A DNA stretch of 59,528 bases, counting the filler, from Basidiobolus ranarum (lineage: Eukaryota): assembly GCA_040143965.1 (NCBI GenBank). It is 3 parts of 3 records of this genome, joined end to end, with 100 filler letters (N's around TTAATTAATTAA, not from the genome) between each part and the next. Parts side by side here need not be neighbours in the genome. Positions count along the whole stretch, not along the records: positions 1 to 19,822 come from JASJQH010007117.1; 2 more parts are not named here. One strand, 5' to 3'. The notes under the pieces were generated by a model, which did no database searches, had not been told where the DNA came from, and was given only the letters and a program-made list of their open reading frames with translations. Both the position numbers and the translations under genes were made by a program. This document shows, in pieces, positions 1 through 10,906 of this stretch. Position 1 is the first letter of the stretch, and each line of letters begins with the position of its first letter.

Positions 1-1921
1 TCAAATTAAACCCCCCAAAATAAACCGTTAAAATTCCACCAAACAACCCAACATATCAAAACCCCAACGGCCGGTCCCGGCGTGGTATGCCCCACCGGCA
101 AAAAAACACGGCGGGGGGGGGGGGGCGTCCCGCTGGATTAGCGTGTATTCTTGGGCAGCAAGCTTAATCTAGACTAATTCTATGGTTGGCGAATGTGGTC
201 GGAAAATCCACCTGAGACCAACGATGACTAGATTGGAAATCTAGCAAATGCCCAGTGAAATTTAAACTGAAATAAAGTACTATCCCATACTGTACTGGTT
301 CAGTAACTACAGATCATATCGTGAAATGATTGGATAGTAGTGTTTTCGCTAGGATTTATATGGCGTACTGTGCACTTGCATGCAATGTTGTCAAAAAGAT
401 TTCCATAAACCCATTTTCACATAATATTAGCCAAGGGTTTCTTGGTGGCTTTTTCTGCATACCATAGATCAATTTACACCTGAGAATGTGCAACCAATCG
501 CACACCACATGAGCAATGTCCCTCCATCCTCGTAGAATGTCATCTTATTTAAACACAAAGATTGAACTCGTCCTAAGTAGTGAGTAACTAGTGTTACATT
601 TCCTCCTACAATGTGTATATCGATACGATCCATTCAACTAAAGGCGGAAATGAATCAACTGCGGGCAATTAACATGCATGAAGAATAAAGTCCGTTCACA
701 CTGAGTCTCTAAGTGTTAAGCAAGACAAGTAGTCACGCGACCTTCTTGCTTGTGCATTACTAATTTGACAAGTTTAGTAATTGCCCAGTATCAGGAGGAT
801 TTTTGATGAGCAAACCTACTGAGCTGCTTAAGGATGATAGGCATACATATAACCATGGTATATGATCCAGGTGCTGATTTGGCTATTTATTAGTATATGG
901 CTAGTGTGGGCACATATTCAAGTAATTACTAAGGATGAGGCAGAGGTTGTTGGGATGGAAGATTGGCTTGCATATATCATGCTACTTACATGTACGAGAC
1001 ATAGGTAATTGTTCAAAAAAGCTAAGATGGATCTCATAAAATATTATGCTTCTCTTAAGGCTATGTCAGGTGCATTGGTAAGTCGCAGGCTTCTTTTACA
1101 TAAAATTATACCGGGTGAGGATGCATATTAGTATTAAGAATGAAAGAGATAACTTATAAGGTTTCATAATCTTAGACATTTGCATCAAATTATCCGTTCA
1201 GAAGTGGGCTTTCCACACGGTATTTTCGGGGCGGTTTGCATGAGATATTCTTGTATGTTTAGGCATTGATCGGAGTTGAAGGATATATTGTCATTGGATG
1301 CTACTAAACAAAAGCTACTAGGTTTTGACATGATCAACTGACTTTGGTGATGAGCACGGTGAATTAATCGATCACGTAGCAAAATATCATGATCCCAAGC
1401 CTTCTCTATGCATGTGAATAATTCCGTGATTAAGTTGAAATGTACATCCATAAAACCCCTCGATCTTTAGTCACTACTGGATGTGTTTAATTTAACCCCT
1501 CTGTCTACCTATCCGTAGTCGCCTCAAGACGAAGTAAGGCTTTCTCCTTTGAGGAGAACTATAAACCTATTTCGGAGCAGTTTTTAGTCTAAAATCCCGG
1601 TTAGCATCAAGGCCGTTTCTCCAGAGTTTTTAAGGGGTACTCCGACTGAGGTGAAAATAATCAACTTTCGATGGATGTTGTCCTGATCTTATAAATTGAC
1701 ATGAAGAGTTGGGATCACCCCGTCAAAAATCATTTATAACCTTTCTTTGCTATATTTCTAGGAAAACCCTTTAAAACAGAAAGATTTCAGTTCCATTATT
1801 TTTCTAAACCGATATTTTTATTATTTACTCTAATTCATCCTATTACAACATATCTAGTACCTTCTGATCGTACCTTGACTGACTTCAACTGGCCCCTTGC
1901 CACGGCGTGCGAGAACTCGAC

Positions 1922-2902
1922 ATGTTTAAGTTTGATTTATTTAAATCCTCTGAACATTCAAAACACCCTTCTCAACTCTTACCTTCGCGAAGTTCAAGTG
2001 TACCTACTCAAAAACGACCCAATCATCAACTAAACACACTACGTAGCTCCAGTCTCTCTGGACGTTCTCATACCACATCCACCGACTCCTCTCAAAGCTT
2101 GCCACAAAATCCAAGGTTGCCCAAAGTTTATATAGATGATGCTTCTTCAGTAACAGTGACACGCCGGTCCCCTAGATCACAGATTGATCATGGACGCTCC
2201 AAGAGCTATGCAGAGCCAAAGAAGAATCAATTTAACTCTACCAATTCACGTAAAAGTTACCCTGAAAGCTCCAACAGGAGCCGAGATACAGTTAGTTTAG
2301 GGAAAAGAAGTAGAGCGGTAAGAGAGGGATCAATACGCACAAATCAAAGTCCTCGCTCCTCTTTACCCGTGAATGTATATAATATCGAACGTATCGAAAC
2401 GCCTTACACTTTTCAAATTTCTAGCGAAGAGGGAAATGGTTCTTACATATTTAAAACAGTTCGTCATTGGTATCAGCGAAAAAGTAGAATCCTTTATTCA
2501 GGTGAACAGGAACTTTTCCGAGCCAAGAAGAATCGTCTACTGGGGTTTCTTAATGTGAGTAGTAAACTTTTGCCACAGAAATTTCATTTTCTGATTCCAC
2601 GCTTCGATCGTGGTATATACCCATTTGAAATTGATGGTAGGAGGTTCTTTTGGGACTACGAAAAAAACGTATATTTAAGATGTTTCACGATGACCGAGAT
2701 GGAGTTGGTTGGGCAGATATTCTGGAAGGAAGGGATTATGCCGTCAATTTCCTCTGCTTCCACTAACTATCGATTTAGTATCACTTCTGGAGACTCTGAA
2801 ACTGTGGCTAGACTTGTCATAGTTCAAGATTTTGCGCATATTACGCCCATCTGTTCCACTATGATCTTTACAGGGCTACTGCTATTGAATAAATCAATAT
2901 GA
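1922..2902 (+). CDS. Paralogue A of an unnamed tandem family (putative tubby/LURP-one/DUF6593-like domain) with a long Ser/Arg-rich N-terminus
   Basis: Single-exon ORF from first ATG at 1922. C-terminal half carries YPFEIDGRRFFWDYE..LRCFT..MELVGQIFW and MIFTGLLLL, shared with four neighbours. Confidence 0.85.
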   Translation: MFKFDLFKSSEHSKHPSQLLPSRSSSVPTQKRPNHQLNTLRSSSLSGRSHTTSTDSSQSLPQNPRLPKVYIDDASSVTVTRRSPRSQIDHGRSKSYAEPKKNQFNSTNSRKSYPESSNRSRDTVSLGKRSRAVREGSIRTNQSPRSSLPVNVYNIERIETPYTFQISSEEGNGSYIFKTVRHWYQRKSRILYSGEQELFRAKKNRLLGFLNVSSKLLPQKFHFLIPRFDRGIYPFEIDGRRFFWDYEKNVYLRCFTMTEMELVGQIFWKEGIMPSISSASTNYRFSITSGDSETVARLVIVQDFAHITPICSTMIFTGLLLLNKSI

Positions 2903-4097
2903 CCCATCCGATGGTCTGGTGGATTATTTGATGCAGTATGCACCATCCCTTCCTCGTATGCAACCCTAATGAGCAGTGCTACATTGGATTGATTAACTGA
3001 CCTTTTACAGTTTCTACTCAGCTAAGCCCACTATTTATCCTCTAAATGACTTGACTTGAATCATATTCCTTTTGGCCACACACACGTCGTGTCTAGATAT
3101 TTCCAAAATCTCAACATCCTTTTATTTCACAAATATGCTACTGATGGTCGACCTTCAGATAAACAACCCGCTAGATCCTACATCACTAGTAGATTAAGTG
3201 ATAAATCACAATGTACACACTAGCTATAGAATGTTAAATAAAGACTTGAAATCTCAATCCGTGCGATGGTGAAACCACAATCGACTAAAGAGGTCGGAAT
3301 TCTTATTCTGACAAACAATTCGAATTCCTTGTACTCAGCGAAATTTGGATCAAAGGAAAATACTAGATTTCAATGAGCACAAGCACGGTGGGATATGCAG
3401 CCAAGCAATATTATCATGATCGCATCGTACTTAACCTGTTGATGAATGTCAAATGAAATACATTTATATATTCATCGAACTAGTGTGTCATCCCTGAAAA
3501 AAGCATATTTATCTTGTTTGGAGTGGATTGTGAGCTAGGCTGATAAGTGCAACTTCAAGATAGATTAAATGGACCACGTAGAGATGCTGGAAGTACGTGA
3601 CTTGATTAAAAAAATCGAGTAATGTAAGACAAAAATGATTCGAAAGCCACTTGCAGTATTAAATAGCTAAACAAAGGGAATTCCAAATTGAAATCTAGTG
3701 TTGCAGATAGGTGAGTAAGAATTGAGTAAAACTAGCATGGCTTTCATGTAGAGTGTGATACTCAAACTAAATTTGGTAAAGCGGATGGAGCTATGATTTT
3801 TGTGATTTGTTTAATAAAAATTTCAGTTGAGAAACGTGTATATGAAGCCTACTCCCAATCGAAATTTAGAACAAAACTTACAACTAATTGGGGCTCATCC
3901 TGAGGGATAAACTCGCCATATAAACTTTACATGAATTTCAAGGTATGTCCAAATAGGCTTGATGAAAATGGGTCTACGGAATTTTTACATATATAAGAAA
4001 CGGTTGCGTTGAGAAGGTAAGGTAAAGGGGTATATGTTATGGTGGCATGACTGGTCCCTACATCGACAATAAGGATGACCAACAGTTAGAAACTTGT

Positions 4098-4691
4098 TCA
4101 CCATATTTGCTTCTTTATAAGAAGTAATCCAGTCATGATGATCAAGGAAAGGGCTCCAGAAGATACTGCGACATCTTTGACCATCGCCAACTTGGCATTC
4201 CATTGAGTCGCATTCGAGAAGCACTGTGATAGAGACGAGGTCACAATGGCACTGGAGAATATTTGAGCCACAAGCTTGGTATCTTGTACTGTAAAGCACC
4301 TCAAGTGCGAATTCATCTCGTAATCCCAAAGATACTGAATTCCGTCGATCTCGAAAGTATATACACCACGGGGGAACTTGGGAAAGGATAAATTAAAGTG
4401 AATCAGGAATACGTCACTCTTCAATGTGATATATCCAACAGCCTTGTGAGTAACTGCGCGAATAAGTGTGTTGTTGGATTCACCAGAAGTTAGGCTGTAC
4501 TTTTTACCGAATAATTGCCGTTTCAAAACGTAATGAGTTACATTACCCTTTTGAATGACCACATTATCCGAGCCTTTTTTTTTGTCGAGATTGAAAACTA
4601 AAAGTTCTGCAGGTCTCTGCTCCCTCCTTGGATGGAGACGGTGATGAAGATGAGGGTCACTTCGCTGTTGTACTACTCCACTGGTTGACAT
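4098..4691 (-). CDS. Paralogue B of the tandem family
   Basis: ATG at 4691 (MSTSGVVQ); motifs YTFEIDGIQYLWDYE..LRCFT..LVAQIF and IIMTGLLLIK; TATATAAA upstream at 4809-4816. Confidence 0.85.
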   Translation of the reverse strand: MSTSGVVQQRSDPHLHHRLHPRREQRPAELLVFNLDKKKGSDNVVIQKGNVTHYVLKRQLFGKKYSLTSGESNNTLIRAVTHKAVGYITLKSDVFLIHFNLSFPKFPRGVYTFEIDGIQYLWDYEMNSHLRCFTVQDTKLVAQIFSSAIVTSSLSQCFSNATQWNAKLAMVKDVAVSSGALSLIIMTGLLLIKKQIW

Positions 4692-4808
4692 TATGTAAAT
4701 TAGCCGAAACGAAGGGATGTGGCTTAGTGGGCTATATTGCTCTAGCAAATCTGACTATGGATACAAAGTGTTGAATTAATGTTGCTGAATGCCGAAGACC
4801 TAAGGACC

Positions 4809-4816
4809 TTTATATA
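4809..4816 (-). promoter_or_regulatory. Candidate TATA box of paralogue B
   Basis: TATATAAA about 120 bp upstream of the ATG; similar boxes lie 60-70 bp upstream of paralogues C and D. Confidence 0.4.
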
Positions 4817-6674
4817 TGCAAAGGCAGGAATCATAATTCCAGTCTAAAGTAACTAATAGTGCACCAATTTTACGGCAAAACGGGATACTCCCAAATCTAG
4901 TGGATTCTGTATTTGTATTTGGTAAGGTGGTACATGCTGTCAATAGGAAAACAAACCATTTCAACTCTCCACAAATTTCAACCTCGTTTACTCGGACTTT
5001 TCTTCATCGACCTGAGCCAACTGCATTCACTAATTCATATTATTAGTAAAAATAACGGGTTTTCTTCTGACATTCTCTACTGCACAGCACTCTACTGCTT
5101 AACGCTCGGTATGACTCTGGCGGCCTCACCCACCCCACTTCTACATACCTCACATATCAGCCCATGTGAATGCCCTTAGCAATCATAGATTAAGAACCAT
5201 TGGTTGATATGTCAATCAGCACATATGCTACTACGTATCAAGCTGCAAAGATGACCTCCTTTCTGCTACATGCAACACCTTTAACCTCATCTGGAATATC
5301 CTCATCAATTCATATGTTATGTTCGAATTGCACATGCGTTTGACCATCCAAGTTTCAACACCGGTATACTTACATGCAGCTGAATCATCCTAGATTATGA
5401 TGTGTTGCTGGTCTAGATAGTATTGATTCGGATCGCTCAGGAATAGGCCCCCAAAATGATGCCAACAATATTGACACTATTGGCCATTAGTGAAGTGATC
5501 GGAGATTATTGAGTATTAAACTGACCTCCAAAATCTTTAAATTAGAGTCCTATGTGCTTTGAATCACTTGCATGAAGGATGTGTAGTGGTCTAATTTAGA
5601 TAGCCTCTTAATAATCACCCTTGATAGGCATTAGGTTCCGGTGAAGCGAACTAGTGCTTGTGCAAGTCGAATCTTGTAACCACTTCGCTGACCAATATCG
5701 AGCAGCGATTTAGGGTAATCTGAGAATGCTAGATTTTCGTCACACTTGAACACACATTGTGTCAACTATGCTTTACTATTATAGATGGCCACAACTATGA
5801 GTGGATAAAAATTTTCTTGTCACCTATTATGTCACTTCCACCAAATGCTGTAAATCTATCAACATAAAGCTACTGCGGAGAGTGTGGGTCAACATTGCCT
5901 GAATGTTTCGGAAGACTTTCCTGAGTTAACGTTGATGATCAGTAATCATCTAGAATAGGTTGGACACGATTATTTTTGTTGTTGGTAATTATTAACCTAT
6001 AGGGGTTAACCTTTTTGCGCTGTCAACCGGAAAATCGGACATTCATTCAGCTCTGATTCTATATTCTTAAAAAGATCATTGGGAGTTGAACGTAAATTGC
6101 CTCATTTAATTGGTGGCTACGGATGAATTTGTTCAGAAAATATCCATATCCGCTGATCCATCGCAGATCTCTGATGATTTTCATGGCGTAATTAATGACC
6201 AATTCTGCCGCATGAACAGCCAAATTCCGTAGTTTTTGAAGGCTAACTTGGTTCCTAGTGAGCACTTTTTTGATAGCCCGGGTAATCCAATCGTGTGTGT
6301 ATGCCTGATTCAGGGAAGTACACCATCTCATCATTAGTCCATATTTGAAACCTGATGGCTGATGGATCTATCAGTAAACGATACACTGGTTATCATCTTC
6401 ACTGGATTGAATCTATGGGACATTCTGAATGATAGCGCGGTTGTTGGCAGTGGGTTTTGCGGAAAGGTAAATTTATGTAGCATATGAAAATTGATGACCA
6501 GTGCGAGTTTCTTATAATGCAGTTTTAATATGAATAATAGTTAATTTATATACAGGATATGAGAGTAGTAAAAGTGCTATGTATATCAGATGTTGAAGTG
6601 AAGATATGATACAACATTGTCCACATTAGGTAATTCATCTTTAACCAGTAGAAAATGAACGGCTGTTTGTTTCC

Positions 6675-7334
6675 TTAATTCCAATACAAATGCTTCAGTA
6701 TAATTAATCCCGTCAGGATGAGAAGAGTTTGGTTGGAGGCTTGGAGATTAGGCTGGGGCACAATGACTAGTTTGGCAGATAACTTGTTAACCTCGGGAAG
6801 CACACATGATTCGTTACCAAAGGATGAATAGCTAGAGCGATTTGAATGCTCATCTCTGAAGTATATTTGCGCTACAATCACCATATCAGAGTTATAGCAC
6901 TTCAGACCTTGGCCATCAGTAGTATACTCCCAAGAGTATTTCACTCCAGCCATTTGGAAATTATAACTCTTACGACTACTATTTGGATACGGAAAGCGAA
7001 GATGGGTTGAAAACTTCGAGCTAGATATCTCGATGTATCCAAGAATTCGAAAGCTCTTGATCTGATAGAGTGGAGAAAGGTTGTCTTCATCATAGAGAAC
7101 ATACTTCTTCCCCAGTAAACCTGATTCTTTGGCAAGCGTATAGCCAGGCAATCCACGAACGTTTACGTTAATTTCTTGTGTGTCTGGATTGTTACTGATA
7201 TGAAATGGGAGTCCATGATATGAGTGGGACTTGTTGAGCCAGGAAGATATATCCGTGTTGCTTGAGCCTGTACTCGAACGAGAAAGGGAGCATTTGTCAT
7301 TAGTGACACGATTGTTTAACAGAATGGATGGCAT
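6675..7334 (-). CDS. Paralogue C of the tandem family
   Basis: 219-aa ORF; YNFQMAGVKYSWEY..LKCY..DMVIVAQIYF and LILTGLIILK; TATAAAAG at 7398-7405. Confidence 0.85.
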   Translation of the reverse strand: MPSILLNNRVTNDKCSLSRSSTGSSNTDISSWLNKSHSYHGLPFHISNNPDTQEINVNVRGLPGYTLAKESGLLGKKYVLYDEDNLSPLYQIKSFRILGYIEISSSKFSTHLRFPYPNSSRKSYNFQMAGVKYSWEYTTDGQGLKCYNSDMVIVAQIYFRDEHSNRSSYSSFGNESCVLPEVNKLSAKLVIVPQPNLQASNQTLLILTGLIILKHLYWN

Positions 7335-8164
7335 GTTGTCTTTGCAAGAGCGAAGAAAGTATCATGAAATAATGAGCGTTAAGCGAAAGATACCTGTCTT
7401 TTATAGGATATGGAGATGGAGTCAGGGTTTGATGATATCTTATCCTCCGCATTTCATATCAAGGAATCAACCTCGGTCCGAGAGATCCAAAAATGAAGTT
7501 TACAACCTCTCAAATTGTTCCATATAGGGACAAGGTTCGAGCTATTGGAGAATAATCGTCACAGTTTCTACATCTTACCCCAAAAGACGGTGATTTACGA
7601 ACATTGAAAACAGCTCATTCCTGGTGAAAAAAAAGTGGTCTACACCCATCATCAGTGGTAGATATTATCGATTTCTTGTTTAATCGGATTATTAAATCCG
7701 TGTCATGAAATGTACGTGTGGTTAGTAATATCGATTATTAATGATGATGAGAAACTTTCCATCCGCTGCGGTAGTTATGTTTCATATATATGCCAACTGC
7801 CGATACTTGTCATCCGTAATGCCTTGTTGTCTTAGGTTTCAGACTGATGAAACAGCTAAGCCTAATACACACCATATACCGCTCATGTACAGGATACATG
7901 TGACGGTCGTAGGCATTGAAACAGCTCCATTTTGAGCTTTGAATATAGAGTATGAAACCGCTAAGGGAGGCGTGAGCCAGGTGACTTCCCTGAAGAGGAT
8001 TGCTTGATTTATTGCACCGTGGTCAAACATTTAGGGGAATACTTTAATGAGCGTTTAAGAGAATATATACACATGCTAATGGTGGTGAGTGGGATTACAA
8101 TATAATTTACAAGAACTAAACAGTCGAAGGTTATATGGTACATTAAAAAATAAATCTTGGGTGG

Positions 8165-8839
8165 TTAGGCAAGCTTTTTCCAAATCGCGTTTCTGAGAAC
8201 TAATAGACCGGTGAGCACAATCAAAATCTGCTTCGTTGAGCCATATTCGTTATACCGAGTGATTACCATTTTGGACACATATTTCGCATAATGAATGTCT
8301 TTGACGGATTTCGAGCTGAACGACGAATAACTGGAGCGATTGGACGGAGTATCTTTCCAAAACACCTCAGCAACGACACTCATGTCGGTAGTATCGTAGC
8401 ATTTTAAATAAGTGTCTTGCCGGTAATCCCAAACAAATCTAGTCCCCTCAACCTCAAAGGAGTACATACCATGACCTAGGCGCGGATATGGAAATCGAAA
8501 ACGTGTAGTGGGCACTGAACTGCCGATTTCCATGTAGCCAAGGGCTTTATGACTTTTCACTTGGTAGATTGGAACGTCGTTGGAGTCATCGTATAGAGCT
8601 AATTTCCTTCCGAATAGCTTCCATTCTGTTCGAAGATAATATACATGTTGTCCTCGAGCTTGAACCACCATCTCATGCCTGAGCGGGTCTCCTTGAATAT
8701 AAAAAGACGACGTAGATCTTGGGTATAGGTTTTTGGTTGAATTGGAGCCTCCATCGCTGCTCCATCTAATCAGTGACTTGGAATTAGATTTGCTCTTGTG
8801 CCTAGCTGGCAGCGTTAGTGAGCCAAAATCAATGCTCAT
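8165..8839 (-). CDS. Paralogue D of the tandem family
   Basis: 224-aa ORF; YSFEVEGTRFVWDY..LKCY..DMSVVAEVFW and IVLTGLLVLR; TATATAAA at 8901-8908. Confidence 0.85.
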   Translation of the reverse strand: MSIDFGSLTLPARHKSKSNSKSLIRWSSDGGSNSTKNLYPRSTSSFYIQGDPLRHEMVVQARGQHVYYLRTEWKLFGRKLALYDDSNDVPIYQVKSHKALGYMEIGSSVPTTRFRFPYPRLGHGMYSFEVEGTRFVWDYRQDTYLKCYDTTDMSVVAEVFWKDTPSNRSSYSSFSSKSVKDIHYAKYVSKMVITRYNEYGSTKQILIVLTGLLVLRNAIWKKLA

Positions 8840-10261
8840 GAAAAGGGAGGGTATTGTGGTAAATGGTTATGTTGAGTAATAGAAACCGGAATTTCATGGG
8901 TTTATATATATAGTTGGACAAAAGCGGTAACAAAAAACTGCAGTTTGTCGTATTAACTTATTTTCTTCCATCGGGTTATTCACGGACCTAGCTCATTAGT
9001 ATGCATTACAAATCCTGATCTGAAATCTTCTACTAATCGTAAATAGCTAAAGCAGTCCAATACTCCCCAAACACACATGTTCGCTCTAAATAAGGGTTTT
9101 CAGGTGAAAGCTCAAATTCAATATGAAGTTTCAGGAAGATGTAACCATTATGGTAGTGTTTGCAGACTCGATTATTGCACCATCTGCCAATCAATTACTG
9201 GACGTCAAGCGGATGCGGACCTCAGATATCTCTGGGGCCAACCAGCTGTCAACCACGGTATGTTTGCACTTTAGTTTCTGTTCAGACAGCTTCACCAATC
9301 GTTAGAAACGTCATCGATATGTGATGATATCTGATCGGCATGTTCCGAGATTCCGCAGACATGTGAAGATCCCCTGTGATCTGAGAGCTGCGCTTCTAGG
9401 TGTATTGGCTGTTGTCAGAATAGTTTGGCTATTAGAAAGTCTGAGTCCAAGTGGCAGTTCGTTATTTGTACAGTCTTGATATAGCATTCAGCTCTAAGCT
9501 TTTACTTGTATTCCACATACACACAGGTCGGAGGCGTTCGATCAATAATCTAATACTACCGAAGATCAACAATCACACATGATAATCTGCGGAGGATCTA
9601 GAATAGAAATCTGCGTACAACCAATTAAAGCCCATCGAACCTGTAAAACCTAAATGTCAATTAATTTTCAAACTAGTTAAGCAATGATACTCTATGTTAA
9701 CCGATTCCATCACAGGGCGGGACTAATCATTGGTAACTAGTGGACGAAGGCCGTGAATGAATTCCCATCTTTGAATATTGTACCTCATCTTACGCATAAT
9801 CGACTTGCAACACCATGCACTTACATTGAATGAACATTCTCAATCCTATGGTCTGCATAGACAGTGACGCAAATTATATGAGAGTCTGGATTCCCCACTA
9901 TGTCCGTTTAATGGATTTACCAAGTAAACTGTAGTGAACTGCAATACGCTCAGTAAGGATACATGGTGATGGTGTGGATGTAGAGTGCTAATCTTAGTTA
10001 TACATTGTAACCTACAACTGATATGTTTGCATGATGGAGTCGAGGCCATGCTCGTTCCGAATCAAGTGAATTTACAAAATTTAATGAACAATTGTTGTAT
10101 TTGGAACTGTGTTGAGAGATAAACAATCTGATGTACAACCAGGCCATTAATCATATTATCTACGATCTATTCTGAAATCTATGTCGCTAAAAAAGCCTAC
10201 GACACATGCCAAACTACTCAGTGGCGATGTGTCATTGTCTACTAGCATTAGATAAATGCCA

Positions 10262-10906
10262 CTAGATGGAGTTCTTCAGCAGCAATAAACCAGTGAATAT
10301 TATTATAGATCTCACGGCCGGAGATTCCGACACCTTTCTCAAAATCACCAGTTGAGCTAGGCCCATATTTTCACTTTCACTTTCACTAGTAGAATGTCGG
10401 ATGTCGAGTTCAGCAGAAGGTTTTGCCTTGGAATGGAAGGGAGAGGACAATAACGAGGACTTCCAGAAAAATTGAGCCACCAAACCCATGTCGTGTGTTG
10501 TGAAGCAGCGAAGGTGGGATTCGTATTCGAAATCCCAGAAGAAATCCATCCCTTCAACCACAAATCCATAGATGCCACGAGAAAATTGTGGACGTAGAAA
10601 TTTAAGGTTTATCTCGTACATTTGACTCTCAATAATAACGTAACCCAAGAGGTGTCGACTCTTGGCCTGGTATAGAAGACTCTTAGTGAGGGCGTCATAG
10701 AACTGGACGCTCTTTGAGAAAAGTTTACGTTTTGATTGGAAGATGTACTGGATTTCATCATCTACAAGAATGTTCAAAGTACTCGAGCCTAGTCCACGTT
10801 CGACTGTGCACAACTCCATGTGATACGAGCTTCGATTTGTTTTGGTGCTACTTGTGCTACGAGAGGAGTACCTATTTGATTTACGATTTTTTTTATTCGA
10901 CAACAT
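10262..10906 (-). CDS. Paralogue E of the tandem family
   Basis: 214-aa ORF; YGFVVEGMDFFWDFE..LRCFT..DMGLVAQFFW and IIFTGLLLLK. Confidence 0.85.
   Translation of the reverse strand: MLSNKKNRKSNRYSSRSTSSTKTNRSSYHMELCTVERGLGSSTLNILVDDEIQYIFQSKRKLFSKSVQFYDALTKSLLYQAKSRHLLGYVIIESQMYEINLKFLRPQFSRGIYGFVVEGMDFFWDFEYESHLRCFTTHDMGLVAQFFWKSSLLSSPFHSKAKPSAELDIRHSTSESESENMGLAQLVILRKVSESPAVRSIIIFTGLLLLKNSI

Noticed and set aside
1-135. C/A-skewed start with a long G run
   Set aside because: Looks like low-quality contig-end sequence; no interpretable feature.
1185-1451. 88-aa ATG ORF divergent from paralogue A
   Set aside because: No recognisable motif and none of the family signatures; could be chance.
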